Shown here in pieces: positions 1 to 14,267 of a stretch of DNA of 64,000 nt (position 1 is its first letter; each line of letters opens with the position of its first letter). Source of the DNA: Eledone cirrhosa (Eukaryota); the NCBI GenBank assembly GCA_964016885.1, contig CAXHJY010000644.1, positions 141,549-205,548 on the forward strand, read 5' to 3'. Made by a program: the position numbers and the translations under genes. Below the pieces are notes generated by a model. That model had not been told where the DNA came from, ran no database searches, and saw only the letters and a program-made list of their open reading frames with translations.

Positions 1-208
1 CATATATATATACATACATATATATATATACATACATATATATATATACATAATATATATATATACATACATATATATATATATACATACATATATATAT
101 ATACATACATATATATATATACATACATATATATATATATACATACATACATACATATATATATATATATATGTGTGTATATATATATATATAGTTTTAA
201 TATAGATG

Positions 209-259
209 AGATTCTACAGGACTAGAACTGTTTCATTCTTTAGAAATCATCAGGAATCT
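209..259 (-). ncRNA. Minimal type I hammerhead ribozyme (inverted pLTR copy)
   Basis: Exact reverse complement of 2552-2602. Confidence 0.85.
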
Positions 260-429
260 GGGTATCAAAAAATAAATATGGTATTTATAGGTCTCTAAAA
301 AACGACCTCCCACTATTGGCCCCTATACCTCCTTCCCACCATACCCCCACCCCTCCTCAACCTGAAATACGGCCACTATGGTTATGTGAGTACCTCTTTC
401 CTATCTACATTATCTGCCTGTAGAGGTGT

Positions 430-2070
<1,641 letters not shown>

Positions 2071-2551
2071 TGAGTGTGTTTTTTTGTGAATGTGACTGTT
2101 GATTTTTGGCATATAGTTGATTAGTTTAAGAGAAGTTCGAAGATAATTGTAAGATATGCACTCAGTATTTTGAATCTGTCTCCAGAATTCTCTAAACCTT
2201 TGTCACTTAGTAGAACCTTAATGAATTTAGCTTTTAAAGAATCTCCCTTTCCTTTAATTCTATCTACCATGACTGACCCCCCCCCCCCCCCCCACTGATC
2301 TTATAGACATCTGTTAGCTTAAGAGAAACTTAATGACAAGGAATGGTATGCCATCCGGAACCTGTTTATAGAATTCTGTCTGCCTTTGTTACTCTAAAAA
2401 CAAAAATTAATAAAAATAAACTATAGCTTTGTAGAATTAGCTTTTAATGAATTCCCTTTTCTATCAACCAATGCCCTACACCGATCCCACTCCCCACCCT
2501 CTCCTACCACTTGTAGAGACCTATAAATACCATATTTATTTTTTGATACCC

Positions 2552-2602
2552 AGATTCCTGATGATTTCTAAAGAATGAAACAGTTCTAGTCCTGTAGAAT
2601 CT
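2552..2602 (+). ncRNA. Minimal type I hammerhead ribozyme
   Basis: AGATTC-CTGATGA-tTTC-TAAA-GAAt-GAAA-CAG-ttctagtc-CTG-TA-GAATCT. Stem I is 6 bp, the core is canonical, stem III is CAG/CTG with CTAG in the loop, and the cleavage triplet is GUA. Confidence 0.85.
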
Positions 2603-2826
2603 CATCTATATTAAAACTTTTATACTCTGCAATGTATTGAGTACCTTACTTACTGTGGTTACCTCCGATTCAACCCGGAATAACGTACTATATATATATA
2701 TATATATATATACATACATACACATATATATATATATATATACGTAAGTCCCGGGTTGAGTCGGGGATAACCACAGTAAGTAAGGTACTCAATACATGGC
2801 AGAGTAAAATTTTTTTATTTTATAGG

Positions 2827-2877
2827 AGCTTCTACAGGACTAGTACTGTTTCATTCAGATGAAATCTTCAGGAAGCT
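2827..2877 (-). ncRNA. Minimal type I hammerhead ribozyme
   Basis: AGCTTC-CTGAAGA-tTTC-ATCT-GAAt-GAAA-CAG-tactagtc-CTG-TA-GAAGCT on the minus strand, with palindromic ACTAGT in loop III. Confidence 0.85.
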
Positions 2878-3441
2878 GGGTGTCATATTAAGTTCTGGTA
2901 TTTATACATTCAGGTAGTGATAAGGGAGGGGTGGTGGAAGGGGGGGGGTATTTAGATACACAGGACCACTTCATGGAAACAGGCCGTTTTTTCTTTGAGG
3001 AGTGGTTAATTAGCCAGAGTGCTTTTTTGAAATAAAAAAATAAGTAAATAAATAAATAAATGAATAAATAGATAAAAGAATAAATAAATAAAATAAATAA
3101 AAAAATAAATAAAAATAAATAAATAAAAACCCCAAGAATAGTAATTCAACAGATATATAGTAGGGAAATTTAGGTGGGTTGGTAATAGAAATTAAACATT
3201 TAACAAGACCAAATCATGGCACAGACTGGGGTGAGTGGTCAAGTTAACATACAAGCCACAGGTGGCCAGAGTGTTTTTGTAGGATGGAAAGATTAAAATA
3301 TATTTACATACTCACAACCACATACAAAAACACTTACACACATATATATACACACACATATTTAAACACTTACACACTCATATATACCTATATATATATG
3401 TGTGTGTGTGTGTGCACACCTACACATTCACACACCTATAC

Positions 3442-3512
<71 letters not shown>

Positions 3513-3727
3513 TGTGTGTGCGTATACACATACACACACACACATACATATACATATACACACACACACACATATACATACATACATACACATATCTACA
3601 TATATTCACAAGAAAAACACAAACACACAAATATACACACACACACGCATACACATACACACACATATATATCTACACATACACACGTGCGCATACACAT
3701 ATATATATATATATATACATATATATG

Positions 3728-3758
<31 letters not shown>

Positions 3759-3872
3759 ACACCGACATGTACGTATGTCACTCTCCTGTAAACTATACTA
3801 TACATACACATACATACATATGCACACACATATATACACATACATACACACACACACACAAACACATACATT

Positions 3873-3926
<54 letters not shown>

Positions 3927-3929
3927 CAA

Positions 3930-3976
<47 letters not shown>

Positions 3977-4045
3977 CACATACACATACATATAAAATCT
4001 CATATATATATATATACACATATATATATACATATACATACCCAT

Positions 4046-4094
<49 letters not shown>

Positions 4095-4924
4095 CATACA
4101 TACACATACACATACATACATACACATATACATACACACACATACACATTTACAAGCAAACACGCATACATACACATACATACATACAAATAAGTACACA
4201 TAAACGCATATGCACAAACACGCACTCGTTCTCACTCATACATGTGTCTATAATATAAAGGTAGTGGGACAAATTTTAATTTTAAATTTTAAGTTTTAAA
4301 CTGGGCCTGATAGAGGATAAAATAATTAATGTCACTATTAAGTTATTAATATTATCATCAAGTAATTAATTACTATTTATTATTTATTACCTACTAGTTA
4401 CCATTCACTATTCGTTACCTATCTTTTATCCCTTATCTATTCATTACCTAATCATTCACTCATAAATTAATAAATAAATGAATGAGTTAACTAACAAACA
4501 AACAAACAAACAGACAGATAAACAAATAAACCAGTAAATAAGTAAATAAATAAACAAATAAATAAATAAATAAATGGATAAATAAGTAAATAAAGTAACT
4601 AATTAAATAAATAAATAAATAAACAAATATACAGTCAAATAGATAAATAAATCATGAACGTGTGCGTGCATCAGTTCATAACTGCGCGTATGCAAACATG
4701 AGCAGGTATGTACGTGAATTTGTGTGTGCGGCCACGGAACTTACTCAGAGGCATACAACACAATATATAAGACCTGGAGGGGAGGAAAGAAGGTAATAAT
4801 GAGAGATAGAGGGGAGGAAAGAGGGTAATAATGAGAGATGGAGGGACGGAAATGGGATGGGGGGCGGGGGTGGGGTGGTGATATGTGGGGGGGGGGGGGG
4901 GGGTCAGTTGGGGGGGGGGGGGGG

Positions 4925-5340
4925 TTCTGTAGTTTTTGTAATTTGCATAGTTCTTGTGCATGCAATTAGGGGAGTGTTCCGAGATCTTGTTGAGGAGAGG
5001 GCCTTTGGCGAATAGAATCTCATAGCTCTCGGAGGTACAGAGGTCACAGCAATTATGGCCTCCCGTGTATGATCGCACTCTCTGGAGTAGTCTCCATTGG
5101 GTCTTGAAGGGGATGGAGTTCCTTTTTAGGTGCCAGATGTGGGCGGCGAGTGTAGTTTGGTTAGATTTGTCTGGGCGCCGGAACGAATGTATGTGGGCGT
5201 ACCAGCGAGTCTTAAAACTATTAGAAGTCATCCCGATGTATGAGTTTCTTTTTTCATCGGGGCCTGAGAGTACATCGCATATATACACGAGATCTTTTTT
5301 TTAGACAGTTGTTGTTGAGAGGGCAGGTCGTCTTATCAGG
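4925..5340 (-). pseudogene. PLE GIY-YIG endonuclease fragment
   Basis: CNC..CPL upstream, YIC...YIG, FKTRW..H..SF and CDLC motifs. Frameshifted relative to the RT fragment. Confidence 0.85.
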
Positions 5341-5540
5341 GCAATTGCAGTTGCTATCGGCTGCTGGATGGGCTTCGGAAAAAGTAGACTTATTTAGCTT
5401 CTTGATGTTGTTGTTGGCTAAGTTTCTAGCTAGATTAGGTGTGGTAGAGTAAGAGAGTCTAATGGTATTCTTATTAAGGATAGTATAGTACCTATGTTGG
5501 GTGGGGAAGTGTTTTTGTAAGAGAGTGAAGAAAATTTTAG

Positions 5541-6143
5541 CTACAGGTGTTGAAACTTCTCGGTTGAAGGGGGGCTAATGTGCCTTCGCCTATTCTTCCT
5601 GGGTGGGCGTGGGGCTATAGTAAGGTAGGTGATCTTATCTCTAAAGCCGCTGCGGGCCAGGGCCTCGTTGTAATAGGGGGCTGCTGCTCTAAAGATATCT
5701 TCATTGGCGGCGAGGTTAGATATCCTAATGGAGACACTTTTTACTAGGTTGTCTAATATATTTTTGGGGTGGTTAGAATTAACGTCTATATATCTAAGGG
5801 ATTCATTAGGTTTGTGGTACCGGTAGTAAAGGGAAGTTTCTAAGTCGAGGGTAACGTCTAGGAAGTTAGCTTTAGTTAAATTCGAATCTAAGGTAATCCT
5901 AAGGCCTAAGTTTTTAAAGAAGGTGTAAAGGTTTTTCCTGAACCCATCCGTGGTCCTGGGGTTGATTTTGTGGAGGGCAAAGAGGCCGTCATCTCGGTAG
6001 AGACCGCCGGAGAGGCCTGTGAAGAGGGTCTTCAACCTGTGGAGGATGAACAGACCCACAAGGTCACTAATTTCAGCTGAGTCGCTAGCACCCATGCTAA
6101 CGTCGAAGGGGGTCTCAGATTCTTTGTTGATCCAGTGGGATCT
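5541..6143 (-). pseudogene. PLE reverse transcriptase fragment
   Basis: FDVSMG, YRDD, NFLDVTLDL and KPN...SNHP thumb motifs. Confidence 0.9.
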
Positions 6144-6144
6144 G

Positions 6145-6430
6145 TCGCTGGTACGCCCACACACATTCGTTCCGGCGCCCAGACAAATCTAACCAAACTA
6201 CACACGCCGCCCACATCTGGCACCTAAAAAGGAACTCCATCCCCTTCAAGACCCAATGGAGACTACTCCAGAGAGCGCGATCATACACGGGAGGCCATAA
6301 TTGCTGTGACCTCTGTATCTCCGAGAGCTATGAGATTCTATTCGCCAAAGGCCCTCTCCTCAACAAGATCTCGGAACACTCCCCTAATTGCATGCACAAG
6401 AACTATGCAAATTACAAAAACTACAGACCC
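6145..6430 (+). repeat. Inverted duplicate of the GIY-YIG segment (reverse complement of ~4925-5208)
   Basis: Near-identical reverse complement starting exactly where the RT fragment breaks off; a 5' inversion. Confidence 0.85.
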
Positions 6431-6627
6431 CCAGTCTTATAAATAAATAGATACGACATACCTTTCAATCACCTTGCATTTGGGAGGTTGATTTGGCAGT
6501 AAAAAATATTGTGGACAGTTGTAAAAAGAAAGAGAGAAAGAAAGAAAGAAAGAGAAACGAAGAAAAAGAAGAAATGCATGATTGAAAGGTATGTCGTATC
6601 TATTTATTTATAAGACTGTTTATATTG

Positions 6628-6693
6628 TATTTTGTCTGAAGAAGGCATAACATATTGTTAATATGATATCCCTGAAATATATATAACGAAATA
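6628..6693 (+). ncRNA. Type I hammerhead ribozyme of a separate small PLE remnant (6433-6800)
   Basis: TATTTTGT-CTGAAGA-AGG...CCT-GAAA-tatata-TA-ACGAAATA. Stem I is 8 bp (one GU) and loop III is palindromic TATATA. It follows a 38-bp inverted repeat (6433-6470 vs ~6579-6616). Confidence 0.7.
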
Positions 6694-6822
6694 AATATGG
6701 TTTTATAAATATAGTTTCCATTTATTTAATATCATAAATATACTCCAAATACTTGTTGAGTGCTTTTATATCAGTTATAAATATTTACTCGTTGTTAACC
6801 CAACAATTTAAATATAACTTTC

Positions 6823-6856
<34 letters not shown>

Positions 6857-7083
6857 CGTATATATGTATATATATATATATATATGTATGTGTATGCGCA
6901 CGTGTGTATGTGTAGATATATATGTGTGTGTATGTGTATGCGTGTGTGTGTGTGTATTTGTGTGTGTGTATATTTGTGTGTTTGTGTTTTTCTTGTGAAT
7001 ATATGTAGATATGTGTATGTAGGTATATGTGTGTGTGTGTGTATATATATGTGTGTGTGTGTATATGTGTATACGCACACATA

Positions 7084-7134
<51 letters not shown>

Positions 7135-7170
7135 GTATATGTGTGTGAATGTGTAGGTGTGCACACACGC

Positions 7171-7201
<31 letters not shown>

Positions 7202-7204
7202 GAG

Positions 7205-8876
7205 AGAGAAAAATACTGCAGGTAGCACATGGGTAACATGTAATAAAATAAGTCCCTCATCAGTGATTTGCCGAAGATCATAGATATTTCATTGCATTAA
7301 AAATCATATATCTCACTTCGGTGCAATAATAACCAAAATAAGTTATTAGGACAATTAAAACGCGTAAAGCGAGTGAGACAGGAGAACAACAGAAAATATA
7401 GCATACCGTAGGGGAGAAACAAGCTTCAAAAATTATTCTGTTTAGCGTAAGCTAGGTGAATATATGAGCGCTTAGAGAATAGAACCTACACGAACGAGGG
7501 CTATGAGCAGAGAGAGAAAAAATAGCGTTCGTGAGTGCAGGATGAAATGAAGAGAAGAGGGAGAAAAACAGTGAGTGAGTGAAAGTGTGAGGAAGAGTTA
7601 ACGGACAAGACAGAGGGGGAGAAACAGAGAGAATGGGGGAACAGTAAGAGAGAGAAAAAACACAGAATCGCAGTGGTAAATATATGTATTAAAATATAGA
7701 GAAAAATACTGCAGGTAGCACATGAGTAACATGTAATAAAATAAGTCCCTCATCAGTGATTTGCCGAAGATCATAGATATTTCATTGCATTAAAAATCAT
7801 ATATCTCACTTCGGTGCAATAATAACCAAAATAAGTTATTAGGACAATTAAAACGCGTAAAGCGAGTGAGACAGGAGAACAACAGAAAATATAGCATACC
7901 GTAGGGGAGAAACAAGCTTAAAAATTATTCTGTTTAGCGTAAGCTAGGTGAATATATGAGCGCTTAGAGAATAGAACCTACACGAACGAGGGCTATGAGC
8001 AGAGAGAGAAAAAATAGCGTTCGTGAGTGCAGGATGAAATGAAGAGAAGAGGGAGAAAAACAGTGAGTGAGTGAAAGTGTGAGGAAGAGTTAACGGACAA
8101 GACAGAGGGGGAGAAACAGAGAGAATGGGGGAACAGTAAGAGAGAGAAAAAACACAGAATCGCAGTGGTAAATATATGTATTAAAATATAGAGAAAAATA
8201 CTGCAGGTAGCACATGGGTAACATGTAATAAAATAAGTCCCTCATCAGTGATTTGCCGAAGATCATAGATATTTCATTGCATTAAAAATCATATATCTCA
8301 CTTCGGTGCAATAATAACCAAAATAAGTTATTAGGACAATTAAAACGCGTAAAGCGAGTGAGACAGGAGAACAACAGAAAATATAGCATACCGTAGGGGA
8401 GAAACAAGCTTCAAAAATTATTCTGTTTAGCGTAAGCTAGGTGAATATATGAGCGCTTAGAGAATAGAACCTACACGAACGAGGGCTATGAGCAGAGAGA
8501 GAAAAAATAGCGTTCGTGAGTGCAGGATGAAATGAAGAGAAGAGGGAGAAAAACAGTGAGTGAGTGAAAGTGTGAGGAAGAGTTAACAGACAAGACAGAG
8601 GGGGAGAAACGGAGAGAATGGGGGAACAGTAAGAGAGAGAAAAAACACAGAATCGCAGTGGTAAATATATGTATTAAAATATAGAGAAAAATACTGCAGG
8701 TAGCACATGAGTAACATGTAATAAAATAAGTCCCTCATCAGTGATTTGCCGAAGATCATAGATATTTCATTGCATTAAAAATCATATATCTCACTTCGGT
8801 GCAATAATAACCAAAATAAGTTATTAGGACAATTAAAACGCGTAAAGCGAGTGAGACAGGAGAACAACAGAAAATA
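7205..8876 (-). repeat. Tandem array of ~3.4 near-identical 492-493 bp units, each with a permuted hammerhead-like core
   Basis: TACTGCAGG recurs at 7214, 7707, 8199 and 8692. The minus strand of each unit carries GAAA-tatc-TA-TGAT...ATCA-CTGATGA. Confidence 0.9.
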
Positions 8877-9398
8877 TATATAGGTTTATATGAGTATGTA
8901 AGTGTTTAAATATGTGTGTGTATATATATGTGTGTGTAAGTGTTTTTGTATGTGGTTGTGAGTATGTAAATATATTTTATTCTTTCCATCCTACAAAAAC
9001 ACTCTGGCCACCTGTGGCTTGTATGTTAACTTGACCACTCACCCCAGTCTGTGCCATGATTCAGTCTTGTTAAATGTTTAATTTCTATTACCAACCCACC
9101 TAAATTTCCCTACTATATATCTGTTGAATTACTATTCTTGGGGTTTTTATTTATTTATTTTTATTTATTTTTTTATTTATTTTATTTATTTATTCTTTTA
9201 TCTATTTATTCATTTATTTATTTATTTACTTATTTTTTTATTTCAAAAAAGCACTCTGGCTAATTAACCACTCCCCAAAGAAAAAACGGCATGTGCCATG
9301 AAGTGGTCCTGTGTATCTAAATACCCCCCCCCCCCCTTCCACCACCCCTCCCTTACCACTACCTAAATGTATAAATACCAGAACTTAATATGACACCC

Positions 9399-9449
9399 AG
9401 CTTCCTGAAGATTTCATCTGAATGAAACAGTACTAGTCCTGTAGAAGCT
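9399..9449 (+). ncRNA. Minimal type I hammerhead ribozyme
   Basis: Same motif as 2827-2877 in the opposite orientation. Confidence 0.85.
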
Positions 9450-9507
9450 CCTTCTATAAAATAAAATTAAAAATATATATATATATATATATATATGTGT
9501 ATGTATA

Positions 9508-10590
9508 TTGCCCAGTACACCGGCCCCACGCCCGAACTGTACGGTCGTTACATTGACGACTGTATCGGAGCCACGACCCTCACCCGAGTACAGCTCGACT
9601 CCTTTCTCTCCTTCTTCTGCTCCTTCCACCCCTCCCTCCACTTCACCACCTCTATCTCCACCACCCACGTCCACTTCTTAGACATCTCCGTCGCCTTCGA
9701 CCCCTCCCACCACTCCCTCGTCACCTCCGCCTTCTTCAAACCCACCGACTCCCACTCTTACCTCGACTTCACCTCTTCCCACCCCACCCACACTAAACTC
9801 TCCATTCCCTACTCCCAGCTTCTCAGGATCCGCCGCCTCTGTAGCCGTGATGCTGACTTCGAGTCCCAGGCCCTTTCCCTAGTCAGCCATTTCATCCGCA
9901 GAGGTTACCCCCCTCTCTCGTCTACACCGCTCTCACCCGCGCCCGTGCTATCCCCCGCTCCACCACCCTCACCCCACGCCACCGCACACCCACCCACCGT
10001 CTCCCCTTCCCCATCACCTACCACCCCTCCACCTTACCCCTCCACCGCCTCTTCCGACGCCTCCAGTCCGACCCCTCCACCTCCCACATCTTCCCAACCC
10101 CACCACTCCCCTCCTTCAAACGCGCACGCAATCTCCGCACCCTCCTCGTCCACAGCTCCCCCCCAACCCACGCTCCCCCCCGTTCCTTCCCCTGTTCTAG
10201 GCCCCGCTGCAACACCTGTCCCCACATCACCAACACCTTCCAGGGTCCCAACGGCCACTCTCTCTCGGTCCGGCATGCCTTCCGCTGCACCTCCTCCAAC
10301 CTAGTCTACGGACTTCGTTGCACGGAGTGCAGCGCGACTTATGTCGGACAGACGGGACGTCGCCTGGCGGACCGAGTCACGGAGCACCTCCGGGATATTC
10401 GTCTCGGGGGCAGTTCCCCCATCGCCCGCCACTTTGGTGGCCCTGGACACTCCGCACGCCATCTCACAGTCTGTGGCCTACTCCAGTGCCACGGAACACC
10501 CGCCCATCGCCTTACGGTCAAACAACGCACTATCTTCATATTACAGACCCACACTCCCCTCGGCCTGAACTCCCCACCCTTATTCCTTTA
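9508..10590 (+). mobile_element. Penelope-like element, Neptune-type, 5'-truncated (RT C-terminus + GIY-YIG), frameshifted
   Basis: YGRYIDD, FLDIS, KPTDSHSYL..SSHP..SIPYSQLLRIRRLCS. Another frame reads CNTCPHI...CTSSNLVYGLRCTECSATYVGQTGRRLADRVTEH. Confidence 0.85.
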
Positions 10591-10599
10591 GCGTTCGAC

Positions 10600-11650
10600 G
10601 GCCCCCCTCCCCCCACACTTATCCCCCACTAACACCACTAACACATCCCTCCTTTTCACCGTCCACCCCACACTAACAATACTAACACCTCCACACCACC
10701 CCTCATCTGACCACCCTTCCCCAACTAACATACTAACATCCCTTCCCTCCCCTCTTCTCCTCCTCCCCCCTCCTTATCACACGCACACACGCACCCACTT
10801 ACACCACCCACCCCACACGCAACTAACACCACTAACACCCCCCAACCCCACGCACACCACCAACTCTACACACCCTACCACCACTAACCCCCACTCACAC
10901 CTGCATTCCACCCCTCCCCACCTCCCGTATACTAACACCCACTAACACCTCTTCACCAAACTACACACACACCAGTACACCACACTCCCTCCATAGAACC
11001 ACACACACCCTTCTCTCCCCGCTCCACACTCACTCATCCCACTAACACCCCTACTAATACACACACACACACACACACCCTCCTCACTCCAACTCTCACA
11101 CCTACCCATCCTCGCCTCCCTACCATTCCGCCGACTGCTGCTATGCCCTTCCGACCACTGTCTCAGCACCAACTGACCACAGCACTCCCACTGCTGACCA
11201 CTTCCTGTTGCGCGCGCACCCCACATCTCTCCTCTTCCGACCACCGCTTCTTGGATTACCCACACGCGAAATTGACTTCTAACCAAATCTCCAAACATCC
11301 GTGGAACTTACCAACTTTTCAACCATCCTCTTACACCATCACCTATATAACTCACCCACACACACACCCCAAAAAAAAATTTTTTTTAGCCACACGCCAC
11401 CCACACCCACAACACGCTTAAACCACACACACGTGCTTCCCACCACATATTTACACCCTCAGCCTCCTGATTCCTCTCCCCCCACCCCCCTATCCACACA
11501 CGCACAGACACTCCGACCCACAAAAACACCCCCCACACACACCTTCCTGAACATGCAACCCCGTTCTTCCCCCAACCCTCACTTTCACATACACACACAC
11601 ACACACACAAACGCACACCTAACCACACACACCACCTTCAGCCCTCCCCG
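10600..11650 (+). repeat. C/A-rich low-complexity tract (CACTAACAC-like motifs), probably the 3' UTR of the Neptune-type element
   Basis: Strong C/A strand bias with recurring ACTAACAC. Confidence 0.5.
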
Positions 11651-11659
11651 CTCGGACAC

Positions 11660-12800
11660 CCGTATGGCCCTGCGGATGGCGTTCGTGGTATATTCACTCA
11701 GGTGGGGGATTTTTAACTTAGATAAAAGCAGGTGCTTCTTTAAAATCCCCCACCTGAGTGAATATACCACGAACGCCATCCGCAGGGCCATACGGAGGGA
11801 GCGACTTGACATACATTTGGCCCACACAGGACCTTCGCTCCGAAGATGCCTCTCCAACAAACCCGACGAGTCAGATGGGACGTGTTCCCTCAGCAACTGC
11901 CCGATACGGGGGGCAGATTGCCTACGCACCTATGTCGTATATAAGATTCAATGCGATAAATGTAACAAGTTTTACATAGGTAGCACCATCCGACCCCTAC
12001 ATGTTCGTATCAAGGAACATGTCAACACCAACGCATCTTCCTTCCGTAAACACATCCTTAAATGCGGAAACCCACAGGGCAGACCCTTGGTCACAGTCCT
12101 AGCGACTGAACGCAGCATCGGATCCTTAAGGATAAAGGAAGCACTTGTTATTAAGAACCTCAGACCCCCACTTAACAACCGGGCTGAGAGAAATGAGCTG
12201 ACATGGCTAATTTAACCATAGTGACTAGTAACAGCCCCTACGGCCTACTATCTTTCACACACACGCACTTATATGTATACCCATACACATACACACACAC
12301 ATCTATATTTATACACGCACACATGTTTATACAACCTATCACCTTTCACACTCTTTGTTTTCCAGCTTCTACGGCCCACTATCTTTCACACACATACACT
12401 CACATACATACACACATACACATATACACACACAGTTACACACACATATTTTACGGCTTTCACACGCTAGCGCACCCTATTGATTTAACCCAATTGGTCA
12501 GTAGCTTTTGCCACAGCCTATCACGCGCACGCGCATTCTTTCCCTCGTTTGAATTTTCCCCATAACGGCATTCCTAAGTTTTAACGACAATACAACTTTC
12601 TCCGGCTTAGCCTGTTCCCCCCCTTTTGGAACTTTTCCCCCGTTGATGGGCGTGAGCCCGAAATATTGGGATTAAATCTCCTCTACGGTAACCCTTCTAC
12701 CTTTGTTTTGTTTTCATTTTCATTTTCACTTTTCTCCTATTTCTCACTCACTTCTTACCTCGAGATTTCCCATCTGCATTGTTGTGGCTTTCTAAACTAC
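11660..12800 (+). mobile_element. Penelope-like element 3' fragment (GIY-YIG ORF end 11735-12215 plus pLTR) with a 5' foldback
   Basis: CSLSNCPI..C...VVYKIQCDKCNKFYIGSTIRPLHVRIKEH...EAL.I....P.LN. 11660-11716 is the reverse complement of 11740-11795. HHR-like motif near 12635-12670. Confidence 0.8.
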
Positions 12801-13058
12801 ATATTATATATATATATATGTTTGTATATGTATAATAAAGCCAAAACAATGCAGGTATGGACAAAGAATAAAGAATGCAAATGCAAAAGATATTGTTGAC
12901 AATTAGTCTTTTACCTTAGATTTATTTAAATGTCCTTAATTTTCGAGATAATATCTCTTCTTCAGAGCGAAGTAAAGTTGTCGACCAGTGTTCTAAATAG
13001 CTTGCCAAGTCATGCTGTAATATATATATATACATATATATATATATATGTGTGTGTG

Positions 13059-13372
<314 letters not shown>

Positions 13373-13421
13373 TAAACAAATAATGAACAAACAATTCCTT
13401 ATATTAAACAAAAAAAGTTCA

Positions 13422-13568
13422 CTATTTAACGATCGTTTCTAGGGCATATATGTGTTATAATTGGTATGCATATTTAACAGATCTATGTACAAAATTATAC
13501 AAAATTATACAAATTATCAAGATTAAATATACATACCTAACTCATATATACGCCGTCTTCAGAAATAA
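13422..13568 (-). ncRNA. Hammerhead-like motif with long stem II (inverted copy)
   Basis: Reverse complement of 19352-19498. Confidence 0.6.
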
Positions 13569-14267
13569 TGAAGTATATTTATTGATAATAACAACAATTC
13601 AAAATGTCAGTTCAAAATTGACCAATGAAAACACAAAAGGTAAAAAGCAGTTTGGTGTGTGTATATACATGCAAAAACCTTACACATATTTTACAATAAT
13701 GTGTGTATAATTTGTATGTGTATACTAAAAAGATGGATGTAAACACAAAATTTCAAGGTTAATATCTCTGTAAGCTTAATGCGCTGATAAGATACGCAAA
13801 GATACTTATGGAGTCAAGCATATAAATATATTTTTTTCATACTCACACATATCAGTATAATCACATATACATGTGCGTATATGCATAAATATACACATAA
13901 CCACGAACATACAAACACACACACTCCCCCACTCACATTTATATATGTGGATATAAAATCATAAGCAAATAGAAATTAAGTCACTCACATAAAAACACTG
14001 GTACACACATTTCAAGATCAAGATACAGAAATAAGGTGGGAGGGGGGGGGAGGGGTCAGTATTAGATTGTCAGACCAGACAGCCTAAAATAAATGTATCT
14101 ATAAATTAAGAAAAATAAAAAAATAATAATAAAAATAAAAACAATAAAATATAATAAATGTACATACACATACAGATATACATACACATACATACATGTA
14201 CGCGCACATAGAGATATCTACACATACATACATACACACATACCTATACTGTCATACACACACATAC

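Larger units (their letters stand above)
2744..6143 (-). mobile_element. Penelope-like retroelement (Hydra-clade-like), 5'-truncated and degraded: RT fragment, GIY-YIG endonuclease, long microsatellite-rich 3' UTR/pLTR
   Basis: RT motifs FDVSMGASDSAEISDLVG and GGLYRDD (5541-6164). EN motifs YIGMTSNSFKTRWYAH and CDLC (4925-5340). HHR at 2827-2877. Confidence 0.85.
6805..9462 (+). repeat. Inverted pLTR copy of 2815-3760, interrupted by the 493-bp tandem array
   Basis: 8880-9462 is the reverse complement of ~2815-3390, and 6824-7200 mirrors ~3400-3760. Confidence 0.8.

Noticed and set aside
13450-13710. 86-aa ORF duplicated at 19210-19470
   Set aside because: It is antisense to the pLTR hammerhead region, and the identity comes from the inverted duplication rather than coding constraint.
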